Positions 13,709 to 28,151 of a stretch of DNA of 64,000 bases are shown piece after piece (the first letter of the stretch is position 1; each line of letters opens with the position of its first letter). This DNA comes from Geosiphon pyriformis uo1. Taxonomy: Eukaryota; Fungi; Glomeromycota. The position numbers and the translations under genes were made by a program. Location: the NCBI GenBank assembly GCA_016748015.1, contig JAAOMT010000543.1, positions 124,001 through 188,000 on the forward strand, read 5' to 3'. Below the pieces are notes generated by a model. That model saw only the letters and a program-made list of their open reading frames with translations, was not told the DNA's origin and ran no database searches.

Positions 13709-13829
13709 TTTAAATTTATTATTATAGTTATCTTCTTATAATTTAGAAACAATTTCACAAAAACAAAACAAAAATAACATAAAAACTCATACACCAAAAA
13801 TAATTTTCTTTTATCTCAAATTGTTTATA

Positions 13830-14510
13830 ATGACTATTTCTCAAAACATTCAACGATTATTCCAAAAACTAATATTAGCTTTAAAAACAATATCCGAACT
13901 ATTCATTACTGTTACTGGAAACCACATTAATTATACTCAAACAGAAGTAGTTACAAATTTAGCCCCAAATCCACGAAAATATCACCCGTATAAGAAGAAC
14001 ACAAGAAATTATACTGGAATTCACCTGCCAGAATTTTTAAAACTTGCTTTAAGAGAAAATCTAATGCTCACTCCAATTAGTATTCCACCAAATGCTACAA
14101 TTCAACAAAGATTTCAACTGTGTCTTAATGAGAAAAACACTGAATATTCTCCAATCTATAAATATTTTTCACATTGGAAAAACACTCTACAAATGGAAAC
14201 TGGAACTTACAACAGCAAACCTCGCAAAAGAAGCTATTCAGAAACAACTCCACAACGAATTCAAGACAACAGCTGGATCAACAAACAGTTGCTACAGGCT
14301 CAGAGCTGCTCTTAAACTTTATAACCTATTCCACACCTGTGAAAATGTACTATAAAACCCAATTTTTCAACCTTTGAAGATTCAATACATTGGAAAGCTC
14401 ACAGAACTGAAATTTCAACAATTTTCAGACCAAATTTCTTCAATAATTTTGGATTATTATCTGGAAATGACAAACAGTACTTGGATTTCGATAGAGCTCA
14501 GTCTTGAGAA
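13830..14510 (+). pseudogene. B1 ORF3 (env-position accessory ORF)
   Basis: ORFs 13821-14315 and 14092-14355 join by a frameshift into one reading frame of a little over 200 aa that runs to the PPT. Homologous to B2 5160-5833. Confidence 0.75.
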
Positions 14511-14518
14511 GGAGGTTA

Positions 14519-15478
14519 TGTTACCAGATGAAATTAGAGATATTATTTAGCATAAAATTATCTTATAATTTCTATCATTAATTAGCATATATTATTGTTT
14601 CAAATTATCACTTATTACATTAGTAAAAATGTCCGAAATTATTATTTAATTAATAACCCAAATTGTACACAACACAAATGTAACCTAATTGCGATGATCA
14701 ATCATGCAATACCTCAAACTATGTAACATTCAAAAGTTTGCCAGAATTTATAGAAATTTGCCAAAATAATTAATAGTTCACCGAAATATCTAATAGTTTG
14801 CCAAAATATATTTTTAGTTCAGTGAAATTGTAGAAAATAACAAAGTTCAAGTTCATAAAATAGTGTTATGACAAGTTGTATAAAAGAAAAGCTTCTTTCT
14901 TTAAGAAAATGTATCTTACTTTAGATTTATCACTTAGAACCATTCCTATACACACAAAAAGAAATAAATATCAAATAATTTGAAAAACCAAATTCTTTAA
15001 TTATTGCACTTGGAAAATCCCCAAAACCCAACTAACATTTCGAAATTGATTAGCTATCAATTTCAGTAAACTGTTAGTGACTCCAGGCCTAGATAAAAAA
15101 CGTTTTCCTTGACAGAATTCTATTTCTTTTATATTTCTTTTATTTTTCTTTTATTTTATTTTTTTTTAATCATTAGGGTAGCCTACAGACAAAATTTCTG
15201 TAGAAGAGTTGACTTTCACAGCAAAGTAACTATACATTTTAGTGAGCTTCCAGATGAGCAATTCCTGGGAAAGAGTTGACATTTACTACAACGTAACTAC
15301 ATAAAGTAACTGGCATGGAATTGGCCATTCCACTTATAAGCCCAGCAGTTCAAATTATAGGAGATAATTTGAAGATAAATTCAGTTATTGGAGGTTCAAC
15401 CACATCCAGAAAACGTAAATTCACAGCAAACAAGCATCGACAACATTTAAGAAAAGAGACCAAAAACCTCCAGTAACA
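14519..15478 (+). repeat. 3' LTR of B1
   Basis: TGTTACCA...CAGTAACA, preceded by the PPT and followed by the TSD. Confidence 0.95.
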
Positions 15479-18400
15479 ACATTTTGGTGGAGCATCTCCT
15501 GTATGGATTTGATGTTGGACAATATCTGTTTTTCCCAAGTAATTGTTGTTTTTTGCAAATATATCTGCAAATTCAGCTATCAATTGTTTCAATTGTCTTT
15601 GTTGTTGAGGTTCTAAGGAACCCATGTTGATTCGAAAGAGTTTTTCTTCTAAAAAGTGGTAGTTTTCAGTAGTGAGAATGATATTTGAATTTGGGAGTAG
15701 AGTGTGTCTTACAATTTCAACGAAATTAGAGACAATTTGAGAGTTTTCATCTTGAAAAATATTGCTGTGTATGATTTCAATCTCTAGTTTGTTTAATAAG
15801 ACAATAGGGTAATTATTGGGATTGTAGAATGTAACTCGAAATTTTTTCATTCCTTTGGGAATATAAACATTTGGAATTGCGATTTCATGCTTCAAACAGA
15901 TTTGTTCATTGGATTCAAAAATTTGTTGTGTAGTGGTGGGTTTTGAGCAAGTGTAAATTTTGTGATGTTCTTCAAAAGGTGAAATGGTAATTGGCTAGAG
16001 AAGTTGTAAAATCTGGTAAGATTTATTTTGTGTATTAAGAGCTATGTTTACTGGAACTGTAAATTGTCCAGTTAAACCAAAACCTTGAATTCCTCTTTCA
16101 CTTTTTTCCAATTGTTCTCTGTTGTTTACTGATTGTAATCCCGAAATGTTAATTAAGGGTAAGTAAATTGCTTAAGCAATTTTTTCAGCAGATTCAATTT
16201 TGAATGGTTTGTTTGTCTTATTTTGTAACATGATAGTAATATCTTCAGTGTATCTTGCATCTATAACTCCTCCTCTAATATTGATTCTTTTGCTTGCCAA
16301 TGATAATCTGGAAGCAATTTAAACTATTGCTCCTGGTGAAATTTCAAGAGCAATTTTGAAATTGATTTTTGTTAAGGACTTTGGTTGGAGAACCAAAGTA
16401 TCTTTTTCTGAGTATCTTAGATTATATCCAGCATCAATTTCGTGTGCTTTTTCTGATCTGATTCTTTGGCCATGGTTGTCAAAATATTTAAGTTGTAGAG
16501 GTGGTTGCTTTTCAAGAAGATAGATGGGGGTGGTTGGTAATTCTTCTACTAGTTTAGATACTCCAAATTCGATTTCATTTTCATCATTCTCATCTGGCAG
16601 AGGAATGCTAAGAGCATAACATTCTAAACACCATTGGTCATCACAAGGCATAACATATTCTTCACACAATTGAATGTTTATTTGTTCTAATTGTTGAATT
16701 TGAGCTTCTTTGGTCAGATATGTGTGGCTTGCAATTTGGTGGTAGGTTTTTACTTCATCTTCATAATCAAATCCAGCTAATTCTATGGTATGCTCAATAT
16801 ATTTAGCTTCTTTCATTTGGCAGACATCTTCTTGGGTGGCTCTATTGATCAATGCTATTGCTAGGTCAAAAATTATTTTAGCATTATGAGGGTAGTGGTA
16901 AAGTTTATTGAGAGCACTGTTGTATACTGCATCAAATGGTATTCTTTTTCTGACTTTTTTCGAAATTAATAAAACATATTGACAGATCTGATCACATACT
17001 CTTTCTCTTATTGCTACATCAATCCAATTGCATTTTTCTGGTAGCATTTCTCCACAAATAAGACAAGAAGTTTTGTCCCATTTTTTACTTCTCTTTGGGG
17101 ATCCAAATTGTTCTCTATGGCATGCCTTGCAGAAGTAACAAGTGTGAGTTTCATATTCCTCTTCTGAGGAAATACAGACTCTCATAGATGAAAGCTTTTT
17201 TTTGCAATTTTTGTATTTTAGTGGAATGTATGGTGGTTCTTTTTGTGGTTCTGGTGTAGAATATCTAACTTTTTTCTATCCTCTTGATTTTTCAAAAATC
17301 TTTTGTTTTGTTTTCTCAGCCCAATTGAATGGTGATCCAAGAGCCATGTAGGTTTCAGTGAGTGGCATTTTTTTCTTTTCTTCAAATTCAAATACTAGAG
17401 CTTTTTCTAATCATTTGTTAAAAGTACCATAGGTTACAGGTACTATAGTATATTGTCTTTGGTATGAGATTTTAAGTTCTTGAGTTTCTCAGTTCAGGTT
17501 TGTATTGGCCTTGAGAAACCAATTATTTCCGACTAGAGCTTGGTATTGGGGTGTATCTATAACAAGAACTTTAACTGGAATGGTGATTTCATCAATTGTA
17601 AAGGGGAAATCATCAATTTCTCCTATTGAAGTCTTCTTCATACCATCAGCTGTGACAATAACTGTTTGAGCTGGTCTGTCTACGTTTTGTTTGAATTGTT
17701 GCATCAGCTGATAAGTGATAATACTTCCAGCTGATCCACTATCTAAGATTAAGCGAATGGGTTTTTCTTTTACTGTAGCTTCTGTGTACATAGCAGTAAT
17801 TGCTTTCTGTTCATTGACTACTGCATTACTAAGCAGAAATGGTGATTCATTTGCTTTAAATTCAAATGGAAATATATCTGACAGATTGGCATTTTGGGCA
17901 ATTTGAGCTGGTGAAATGGTGTGGTTGGAAGGATTTGATCTTGGTGCTGCAACTTTACCTTCAGAAAGTGTGGTTTGTTGAAAATCCGATTCCTCTGGTA
18001 TTGTAAGATAGCTGGGTTGAGTGTAATAGTAATTGGGTCTTTGCTGACCAGAATTTCAGGGAACCAACTGGTTATTTGGATTGATTCTGTTGTTGTTACT
18101 TTGCAATTGATTTTGGGGTATGAATTGGTTATGTTGAACCAATCTTCTTGTTGGTACTTGATATTGTTGAGTGGGTGGTGTCTGATATGGCTGAATTGGT
18201 AAAGATTGCTGATATTGTTGCTGCATTGGTTGTAAAGCTGGTGGATAGTAACTGTTTTGGTTTTGTGGTCTTGGTAAATAATAGGTTGGTGGTGGAAATT
18301 GGTAATAAGTTTGTTGTGGTGAAGAGTAACGTTGATTACTCCTGTTTTATTGGTCTCTTTGTAATTTTTTACAATTTTGTTTCCAGTGTCCTGGAATTCC

Positions 18401-19860
18401 ACAATAATAACAATTTTGAAGTTGGTTGTTGGATGGTGATCCAAAATTGTTTTGGTTGCATCATTGTGGTAGTTGATATCTTTGTGGTTGTTGTTGCTGT
18501 TGTTGTTGGTTTGTAAAGTAGCTTTCAACCTTTTTTGTGAGTTGGTTTATCTTCTTTTCAGCTGCTGAGCTGGTTTCTCCAATTGCAAGATTTACAAGCT
18601 TGGTGTAATTTGCTTCTTCTATTGCCATTTCATAGCTCTTTGCATGTCTAATAGCAGTTGCTAAGTCTGTTGAAGCATGTGAATGGACTTTTTTAATCAG
18701 TTTGTCTTTTAACCCTGCTATAAACTGATCCAGAATTTGAGCATCAGAATAGTAGTCATTGGTTTCCAATTGTCAGATTCATCTGAGAAGTTTGTTAAAT
18801 TTTTCAAGATAGATCATAACAGTTTCAGATGTTTCTTGTTTGATATTGTGAAAGCAGTTTTTGAGAGTGATAGAGGTATTGTTGTCGGTAAATTGTTGTA
18901 GAAAAACATCTTTGAATGCTTGTCAGTTTTCAAATGGTTCTTCTAAATTTTCAACCCATTCTCCTGCTGTTCTTTGAAGAAAGTAAAGAATTGCTTTGAG
19001 GATTCTTGCTGCAATCCAACTATTTGCATCTTCTGCTTTTTGAATTTTGTTAAGCCATTCTTGAGGACTGGTATCATTGTCTTCACCAGTGAATTCTGAA
19101 ATTTTTGCAATGTAAGCAATTGCCATTTCTTTTTCATTTTCTGTAATTTCTTTTGGTTTTGATTCAGTTTCTTCACTTTCCAAGCTTTCTGAATAATTAC
19201 TTTCGTTTTCCTGTAAGTAATCAATAATATTGGCACTTGTTAATATTGGTTTCTGCTGTTGAGTAGGGTTTCTAGATGACTGAAAATCTTCTGGTCTGGA
19301 GAAGTGGTTGAGTGGTGAATTTGGTGTTTGTGGTTGAACAAATGAAATTAGAAATAGTGTAATAGAAAGTGGTAATTTGACACTGGTTCCTTGTTCAGGT
19401 ATTTGCAAGTGTTTGGCAGTTGTCTTTTGTAGTGTTGGAGTGTTTAGAGTGGTTCTTGAGTATTGCTTCAATCTTTGTTTGCCTTTGTTGCTTGTTTCTG
19501 TCTCTGATTTAAAGTCAATAGAGTATTTAGACTGTACTGGGTATTTTTCTTCACAATACTCAATAATGTTAAAATTAAGTTCTTGGAAGTAGGTAGCAAG
19601 TGTTTCACTGTTCAGGTCTTCTGTTCCCAATTGTAAATAGTGCACTAAATTATTGTAAAGGTTGCTTCTGATTTCTAAAATGTTGTAGTTTTCAAAAAGA
19701 TAATTGTTGATGTGGTTTTCAATATATTGATATACTGATTTCTTGACAACTTCAATTCCGTCTGGAATGTTGAATCTTTGCTTGCAGTGGGTGTAAATTG
19801 ACTGGTAATACTCTAGAGTTGCTGTGTTTGGTGTGGTCGCCACTTTGAATTTGTTGTTGC
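15479..19860 (-). pseudogene. B2 gag-protease-Cys-rich-dUTPase portion of gag-pol
   Basis: ORFs 18923-19843, 18461-18769, 17489-17791 (LILDSGSAGS), 16319-17185 (ends HEIDAGYNL) and 15350-15895 are all homologous to B1. Confidence 0.92.
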
Positions 19861-19888
19861 TATGTTATTTCCATGAGAGAGCACCAAA

Positions 19889-20846
19889 TATTACCAGAGG
19901 TTTTTGGTCTCTTTTCTTAAATGTTGTCGATGCTTGTTTGCTGTGAATTCACGTTTTCTAGAAGTAGTTAAACCTCCAGTAACTGAATTTATCTTCAAAT
20001 TATCTCCTATAATTTGAACTGCTGGGCTTATAAGTAGAATGACCAATTCTTTGTCAGTTACTTTATGTAGTTATGTTGTAGTAAACATCAACTCTTTCCC
20101 AGAAATTGCTTGTCTGGAAGCTCACTAAAAATGTGTAGTTATTTTGTTGTGAAAGTCAACTCTTCTACAAAAATTTTGTCTGTAGGCTATCCTAATGATT
20201 GTAATAAGAAAAGAAAAGAAAAATAAAAAAAATGTAAAAAAAATAAGATTTTATCAAGGGAAACGTTTTTCTATCCAGGCCTGGAATCACTAACAGATTA
20301 CTGAAATTGGTAGCTAATCAATTTCAAAATGTTAGTTGTGTTGAGGAAATTTCAAGTGTAATAATTTTAAGGATTTGGTTTTCAAATATTTTAATTTTTA
20401 TTTGATTTTGTAAAAGGTGATTTGTTCCAATTAAGATATTTGAAGTAAGTTACTATGGTAAGATATATTTTCTTGAAGAAAAAAGCTCTTCTTTTATACA
20501 ACTTGTTGTAGTACTAGTCTATGAACTTGCACTTTTTCTCTTTGCTCAAATTTCGGCAAACTAAAGATACATTTTGATGAACTACAAGTTATTTCACTGA
20601 ACTATTAATTAATTTGGGTGAACTATTCATAATTTCGGCGAATTTTAGAATGTTACAAAGTTCAGGGTATTGTGTAATTTGATCATTCTACTTTCTGTTA
20701 TACTAATTGGATTATTTAATTGAATCGTGATATGTGATAATTAATTAAATAATAAATGATAATTTGAAATGATATTAATATACTAATTATAGGAATTATA
20801 AGAGTAATTTTCCTGCTAATTAATAGCTAAAATTCTACTGGTAACA
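19889..20846 (-). repeat. 5' LTR of B2
   Basis: Matches 4138-5156 and is adjacent to the PBS. Confidence 0.92.
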
Positions 20847-21213
20847 ATGTTATATAAAACAGAGCTTTTTTATAATTAAATAGTTATTTACACAATAAAA
20901 ATAAAATCTGAAGAATGGCAACTACCAAAGTCAAAGACATGTTTCTAAGCAAAATATTAGAAATTAAAACAACTTATTAGAATTTATTGAATTTATTCTT
21001 ATTTCAAATTTAAATATCTTTATTAATATTATAAATAATCTAAAATAATTTCACAAATATTATCAAAAGTTAGCACTTATATAAAAAAAACAAGAGCAAT
21101 ATTTAGAGCAATTAAATACTAGACTCTGTAAATATTGTTTAATTTCCAGTAATTTCAAATATTGTAATAAGTATAATTTTATTTACAATCTACTATTATA
21201 CATAATTTATTCA

Positions 21214-24200
21214 ATCTTCAAAATTTTATTAATTTAAGTACCACCACAAAATTCAACTTAAATGTTATCTAGAAGTCAAAGACTAAGAATTATGTATACT
21301 TAACAAAATTGAAGATCAGCAATAGTTATATACCAACCAATCTCCAGTTTATTACAATAGTTAACAGAATATGTCCAAGAAATTTGAAAACTGAATACAC
21401 CTAAAATCTGAATTCACAAAACTATTTAAGTATCTTAATAACTCCAGAAACCATCACATCTAATTCATCAAAAACCAAACAAAAACAACCACTTATTAAC
21501 AATATTTTATCTGCTACTATTATAAAAAATAAGTCACTCACTACTATATTTTTCTTTAAAATTAAAGAATTAGTAGCAATACCTCTTTTTAGTAAAGTTA
21601 TTCTTAATACTAAACCAATTACTACTATGTATATTAATACTAAAGTTGATAACCAACTTATCAAGCTAATTCTTAATAGCAAATCAGCAGACAGTATTAT
21701 TACTTAACAACTTATAAACCAATTAAGTTACCAAGTTAATTGTACCACCAGTACCAAAATCATTACAGCCAATAGAACAACAAAGATTTCAATTAATGAA
21801 ATTAACAACTTCCTTTTTAAAGTCAATGGCATCATAGTGCCAATAAAAATTCTTATTATAGAAGTCATCTAATACCAAGCTTTAATTGGTAATGACTGGC
21901 TGTTTAAGACAAATGTAGTATTCAATTAAATTATACAAGAACTACAATTCAGTCAAGATAATCAACATAATTGGATATTTGCTAATTGCAGTTATTTCAA
22001 ATCATCAACCACCTAATCACAATTACTAATTAAGTTTGAAAAAAAAATTAACAAACTTACCTGGGAAGTCTATTAAGTTTTATAAACCAAAGATGACCAC
22101 AATGAATTACTACCAATTCTAATTTGAGAAGAAAAAAAAAAGAACAACTTTAAGCTACTATTTTAATATATACTTTATATGCTACCATACTATCAAAACA
22201 ACCAAATTATTGTTGACTCAAACTAATATGTGTTAATTGTAACAAAAAATTGTTAATAATATGTGTATATTATAACAATAATAAAAAATGATCAATAACA
22301 ACCAAGTATTATTATCACTCATGTGTTCTTAAATGCTTTGGATGACTCAAACAACATGAAAAATAGAACAATAAGCCTTGCTTTATATATGAAATAACAT
22401 TCTTGAATAAAGAGAAACATACAATAAATTATGTTAATATACAATTTTAATCAATAATTGAGTATAAAAAAAAACTTTAATTAATACCATCTAGAAATAA
22501 ACACTTATATGTTTGAAAAGCTATCTACACAATAAACACAAGATCTAAAAAATGATGAGTATCAAAGTTAAAGGTATTTTAATCAATAAAATACTAAAAA
22601 TCAAAAATAACCTACTAATACTTTTTGAATCCAAATTTGTTCTAACTTTCAACATCTTCAATAATATTATGGACAATCTAAAACAATTTTATAAGCATTA
22701 TCAAAACTTAGCACTAACTAGGAAAGAACAAAAACAAAGACTAAAACAACTAAATATAAGACTGTGCAAATATTGTCTAATTCTCAATAACTTTAAATAT
22801 TGTAATAATTGTGACCTTATTTACAATCTACTATTATACATAATTTATTTGATCTTTGAAAAAAAAACCAATCAACAGCTGTACTTCAAAATCAAAATCA
22901 AAATTTAATTACAATTCAAACTTTAACAATAATAACAACCATGGTTTTAGTACCATTCACCATAATAACAATAATAATAACAAAAATTCAAATCTTGATA
23001 ACAATTTTAAACAATATATTATACTTTCAGATTTTTCAAAGAAGCAAAAACTAAAATAATGTAGTAATAATGACAAAAATATTATGTCAGAATGTGTACA
23101 TAATACTAATACAGGATTTGATTTCAGATACTTAGAAAAAACTGTTACCCAATTGAAATCTCATTTACATACCAGTATTGATCTAAAAATAACACTGAAA
23201 ATTCTAGCAACAACAATGATTTAATTAACTTCTAAATCTAATTTAACAAAAAAAATTAATATTAGAAGAAAAATAATTAATACAAAATATATAGAAAATA
23301 TTATTACAATACTACAAAATAACTTAAAAAAAGGATATACTATTGAACCAAATGAAAAAATAGCATAGGCAATATTTCTGTCTCTGGTAAAAATAGCTTA
23401 ATTAGTATTAATTAGAAACAAGGAAGAGTTAAAAATCACAGTAAAATAAATAAAAAGATTCAAATTAATAGATAGAATAAAAATACTAGTTAATATGGCA
23501 GAAAAAAAAACCATTAATAAGAGAGAAATTATCTCTACCAATCAATCTATTTTATTTTATTATATGACCAATATATATTAGTCATAAAAAAGAAGATAAA
23601 AGATTAACCCCAAATTTTTAAAGCAAAACCAATCATTTGTAAGTCAGGAGAGATTGCTATTACCAATCTCTATATATCAGCCAAAAGCCATAAACACATC
23701 AAGATTTCTATATATAATACAATTAAAGATACAATAAAAGTATCAAGTAGAATTACTATTGGATACTTAAGTACTGAAGTTAAAAACCAACTACTAACTA
23801 CCATTCCAGATTTTCTACAGCTTTGCAGATATGTAAATATTATATCACAAACCATATATAGACAAGAAAAATGTTATTTGCTATAACCAAAACAGTTAAA
23901 ACAAATAAACTTGAAACACTTAAATTCACTTTAGTATATACAACTCAAAATATTACTTAACAATTTTATTGACATTTTTGCCAATAAAAATGAATTTGAC
24001 AAAACTAACATTATCCAACACCAGATTAAAACTGGAGATACAATACTAATTAAGCAACAAACATATTGAGTACCACTAGCTAATCATGAAATCATCTGAC
24101 AAAAAATTAACTGGATGTTAAACAATGGGTTAATTCAATCATCAATGAGTTTATGGTTTTTATTAGTGGTACTTGTTTGGAAAAAAAACAGAAAAATCCA

Positions 24201-27200
24201 CTTTTGTGTGAATTATTGCAAACTCAACAGCATTATTTATAAAAACAACTATCTAACTCCACAGATCCAAGAATTATTTAATGTTTTTAGAAGAAAAAAT
24301 AGTTCTTAATATTAAATTTAAATAATAGTTACTAACAAATAGTAATGAATTCAGCTAATAAGAAAAAGATAGCATTTACCACCAAAAAAAAAATTTCGAA
24401 TTTGACATTATGTCTTTTGGCTTAACTAATGCTCCAGCCACCTTTCAATGGCTCATAAAAATAGTTTACACTAGATTACTATAAAAATTTGCAGTAGTCT
24501 ACTTAAATAACACTAATGTATTTTCAAAAACATTTGATAACTATTTATATTATTTTCAACAAATATTTAAAAGATTAAAAAAAGCTGAATTAAAATTGAA
24601 TGCCACCAAGTATTTCTTTGAAAAAACTGAATTCAAGTTTTTGGAACATATTATAAGCAAAAACAGCATTAAAAAATATCTAGATAAAATCGAAATAGTC
24701 AAAAACTTTCTAATACCAACAAATCTTATGGAATTAAGAGTATTCTTAAAATTTGCTAAATACTATTATCATTTTATCCAAAACTTCTCCAAATTGGCTC
24801 AATTATTTTACCAGTTTTAAACAAAAAACATTAAATATGAATGAACTGAAACACAACAAAAAGCTTTTAATATCTTAAAAAAAAAACTTATTTAAGCTCT
24901 AGTATTAATCTATCCAGATCATAACAAACTATTCATCATTATCACTAATGTATCTAATTAAGTATTAGAAGCTGTGTTGTTACAAAAAAAAGCCAATAGA
25001 TAAGAACATTTAGTGACATATGCCAGTTGAAGTTTAAGTCTAACTGAAAAAAACTATGAAACTCCAGCATTAGAACATTTAGCTATCTATTAGACTGTTA
25101 TTAAATAAAAAAAGTACTTAAGCCAAAAATTTGATGTATATACTAATTACAAAAGATTGACATTAATTTAAAAGCAAAAATTTGGAGACAATTACCATAC
25201 AAGATAGAAAATAGAACTTTTACTATTTAATTATATTGTACATTATAAAAAAGAAAAAAAAAACAGAAATGCCAACAGTTTGTTATAAATAAGACAAATC
25301 TAGGACATTTTAACACAAAAATATAACAAAAAATGAACACACAAAAATATTAACAACTTTAATATTATATCAATACTCAATAGTTCAAGAAAAAATTATC
25401 TCAAAAAAACAAAACTACATAAAACAACAATTAAAATATTTTATTATTTACTAAGATATACTATATTAAAAAAACAGAAAAGATTTAAACCAACTATTTA
25501 AAGTAATTACAAAATTAAAAAAAAACAATACTGTTCAACATATATATAGATTTAATAGCAGAACATTCTCATAAAAAAGCAATTATGAAAAAAACCAAAA
25601 AAAAATACTATTGGTTATTAATATATCCAAATATTATTTAATATGTTTAAAGTTGTGATACTTGTCAAAAAAAAAAGTAACAAAATTCAATAAACCAATA
25701 AAACCAATAAAAATAAGACAACTTTTTGATCAAATTGGAATTGACTTAGTCAGACCATTAATAATAACTAGTAAAAATAACTAATATATAGCAATAGTCA
25801 TAGATTATTTCACAAAATAGCCAAAAGTAAAAGCAATTCAAAAAGCAGATGTAGAATTTATAGCTGAATTTGTTTACCAAGATTTAATTTGCTAACATGG
25901 ATGTTTAAAAGAATTGTTATCAGACCAGAAAACTTACTTTATGAACAGAATATTAACAGGATTAAGTTAAAAATTCGGAATTAAGAAACTATTATCATTA
26001 CTATATTATCCATAAACAAATAGCTTAGTCAAAAAATTCAATAGAACAGCAACATTACTAATTTAGATAGAAGTCAATACATATTTAATTAAACCAATAA
26101 CAGAAGCCAACTTTTAAAAAACATTACTAAGAAAAACATATGACTTAATAAAAACTCTAGAAAACAAAAGACAAAAAGCAGTTAATAACATATAAAAGTC
26201 ACAAAAAAAACAAAAAAAACGACATAATAACTAATTATTAAATAAATTAGCCAAATTTAAGATTAAAAACAAAGTATTTTTATATTATATTAAAGCAAAA
26301 AAAAATTGAAGTGAAAAATTTGATTCCAAATGAAATAATTTATTTTACATTGAAGAAATCTTAGAAAATTAGAATATATAAATTAAGATAGAACAACAAA
26401 ATCTTAACCAAAGCAGTACATGATAATTGACTGAAATTATATCACAATATAGCATTATTATTTACTAATAATATTCTACAATTAAGAGTACAACAAATAT
26501 TAATCAAATTATATAAGATTTCACAAAATCTGGAACCAATTATAATTATTAATACAAATATGTTAAATTAATTAACCAGAATGATATATAAAAAACCAAC
26601 ATATAACAAAGACAATAATAAAGATAGAAATTACAGACAATATTCACTCATTTGCACGACAATTATTATAATTAATTTAACATTAGAAATTGAGTCTGGA
26701 AGTTACTATTAATAAACAAAAAATACAATATAAAAACAAAATAGTAAATTGAAAATCCTAAAGTAAAGAACAATACATCAAACATTATATATCAAGAAAT
26801 CTAATAGACAAAATAATGAAAAAAGTAGAGATATTAATACCAGATAAAAAATTCATCATAAATAATTAAAACCAATAAATACAATAAATTTCCAAAAACT
26901 TTTGTTATTATTGGTTAGAACAGAAACTAAATATCCATAACTTATACATGAATAAAACTAAAAAGATGTTTGACCCAATAATAGTACAACAAATTAAACA
27001 AGTCATGATAAAAAACAATCTATTTACATATACAAAAGTCATATATTGACTACAAATAAGATTTCAAAACAAACCAAAAATACTGTTATATCCAAAAATG
27101 AGTACAGTAACTATTAACTAACTGAAAAAATTAATCAATACCCAATTTAAAGAATTGCAAACCAGAATTACAAAAGCAATTCTTGAGAAAAAAGTTATAG

Positions 27201-28151
27201 AGCTAATCAAAAAAAAATTTAGGAAATTTAAGAGATTTAAGAGATTTTAATAAAGCTTAATAAAGCTTAATATTAAAAAAAAGAGAATAATATTATTCAT
27301 AGAAATTGAAATTATACCAAGTAGATAGAATAGCCAATCAGAAATAAGCATAATAACTGGAATTTCAAGATTTTTTTCAAAAAATTGCAGGATTTCAGAA
27401 TTTCAGAATTTCTTTTAAAGAAATTATAAGATTTCAAAGAATTTTATATAACATAAATTATGTATATATATCAAGAATATTAAAAGCAGAAAAAGTATTT
27501 AAACATATTTAAATTCAGTTCTGATTAGTTTAAAGAACAACATCTTTTTCTTTAAAAGATAGTTTTCTATAACTTGAAATAGAATTATACCAATATTAAT
27601 AAACTTATTTATTATTATGCAATCCATGTTATTATTAATTGATTAAGGAAATATTAATTAATTTTTTACTATTAATATTATATGTTAATAGAAGCCAAGA
27701 CTTAACCATATTAAAGCAATAGTTTTTGATTATAGCTATTAATATAATACTAATTTCATATTTCTTTTCTTGATTTTTTTTTATTTTTTTTAGTTTATTT
27801 TTTTGTTGTTACTAATTGATAAAAAAAAATTAAAGTGTTAAGTATTTAATATTAAAAATAGCCTGGTAAAAAATCTGTGAAACAAGAATAGAGAACTTAT
27901 AAAATTGAAGATAGCTTACCAGAAAAGCAAAACTGCCAGAAAAAATCAGCTACTACACTAAAAAAAATTTACAGAAAGAACTTCTGAGACAAGTATTAAA
28001 ATATCTATTGAATCTTTGTTTATTATACAAAAAACTCTACCAAAACTTTTAAATCACAAAAATCTTCAGAAACTATCATTATTAACAGCTATTAAACACC
28101 AAGTTACAGGTTTATTATTTGTATCAACAACCCAAATAATTATCTGTAATA
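21214..28151 (+). mobile_element. Gypsy family A copy A1b (late gag to 3' LTR 27291-28151), decayed
   Basis: Remnants of protease (~21600-21950), dUTPase (~23100-23470), RT (ORFs 24115 and 24596), RH, integrase and ORF3, then a purine tract and LTR. Collinear with 40711-46711. Confidence 0.8.

Larger units (their letters stand above)
6223..15478 (+). mobile_element. Gypsy family B copy B1, near full length, inserted antisense into B2 pol
   Basis: LTRs 6223-~7197 (end lost in the N-gap) and 14519-15478. TSD ACAT at 6219-6222 and 15479-15482. PPT GAGAAGGAGG just before 14519. Removing B1 and one TSD restores the B2 frame GDAPPKCQQAYQVPPARYQF. Confidence 0.95.
4138..20846 (-). mobile_element. 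Gypsy family B copy B2, internally deleted, interrupted by B1
   Basis: LTRs 4138-5156 and 19889-20846. 4-bp TSD ATGT at 4134-4137 and 20847-20850. PBS-like TGGTGCTCTCTC at ~19875-19886 (minus strand). Polypurine tract at ~5160-5172 (minus strand). Confidence 0.92.
400..21213 (+). mobile_element. Gypsy family A copy A1, heavily decayed 5' half (partial 5' LTR ~400-1078, gag, protease, Cys-rich region), split by element B2
   Basis: 400-1080 resembles the A-type LTRs at 36330-37166 and 49952-50775. Protease-like remnant at ~3230-3540. The sequence resumes collinearly at 20847 after the ATGT duplication. Boundaries approximate. Confidence 0.65.
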
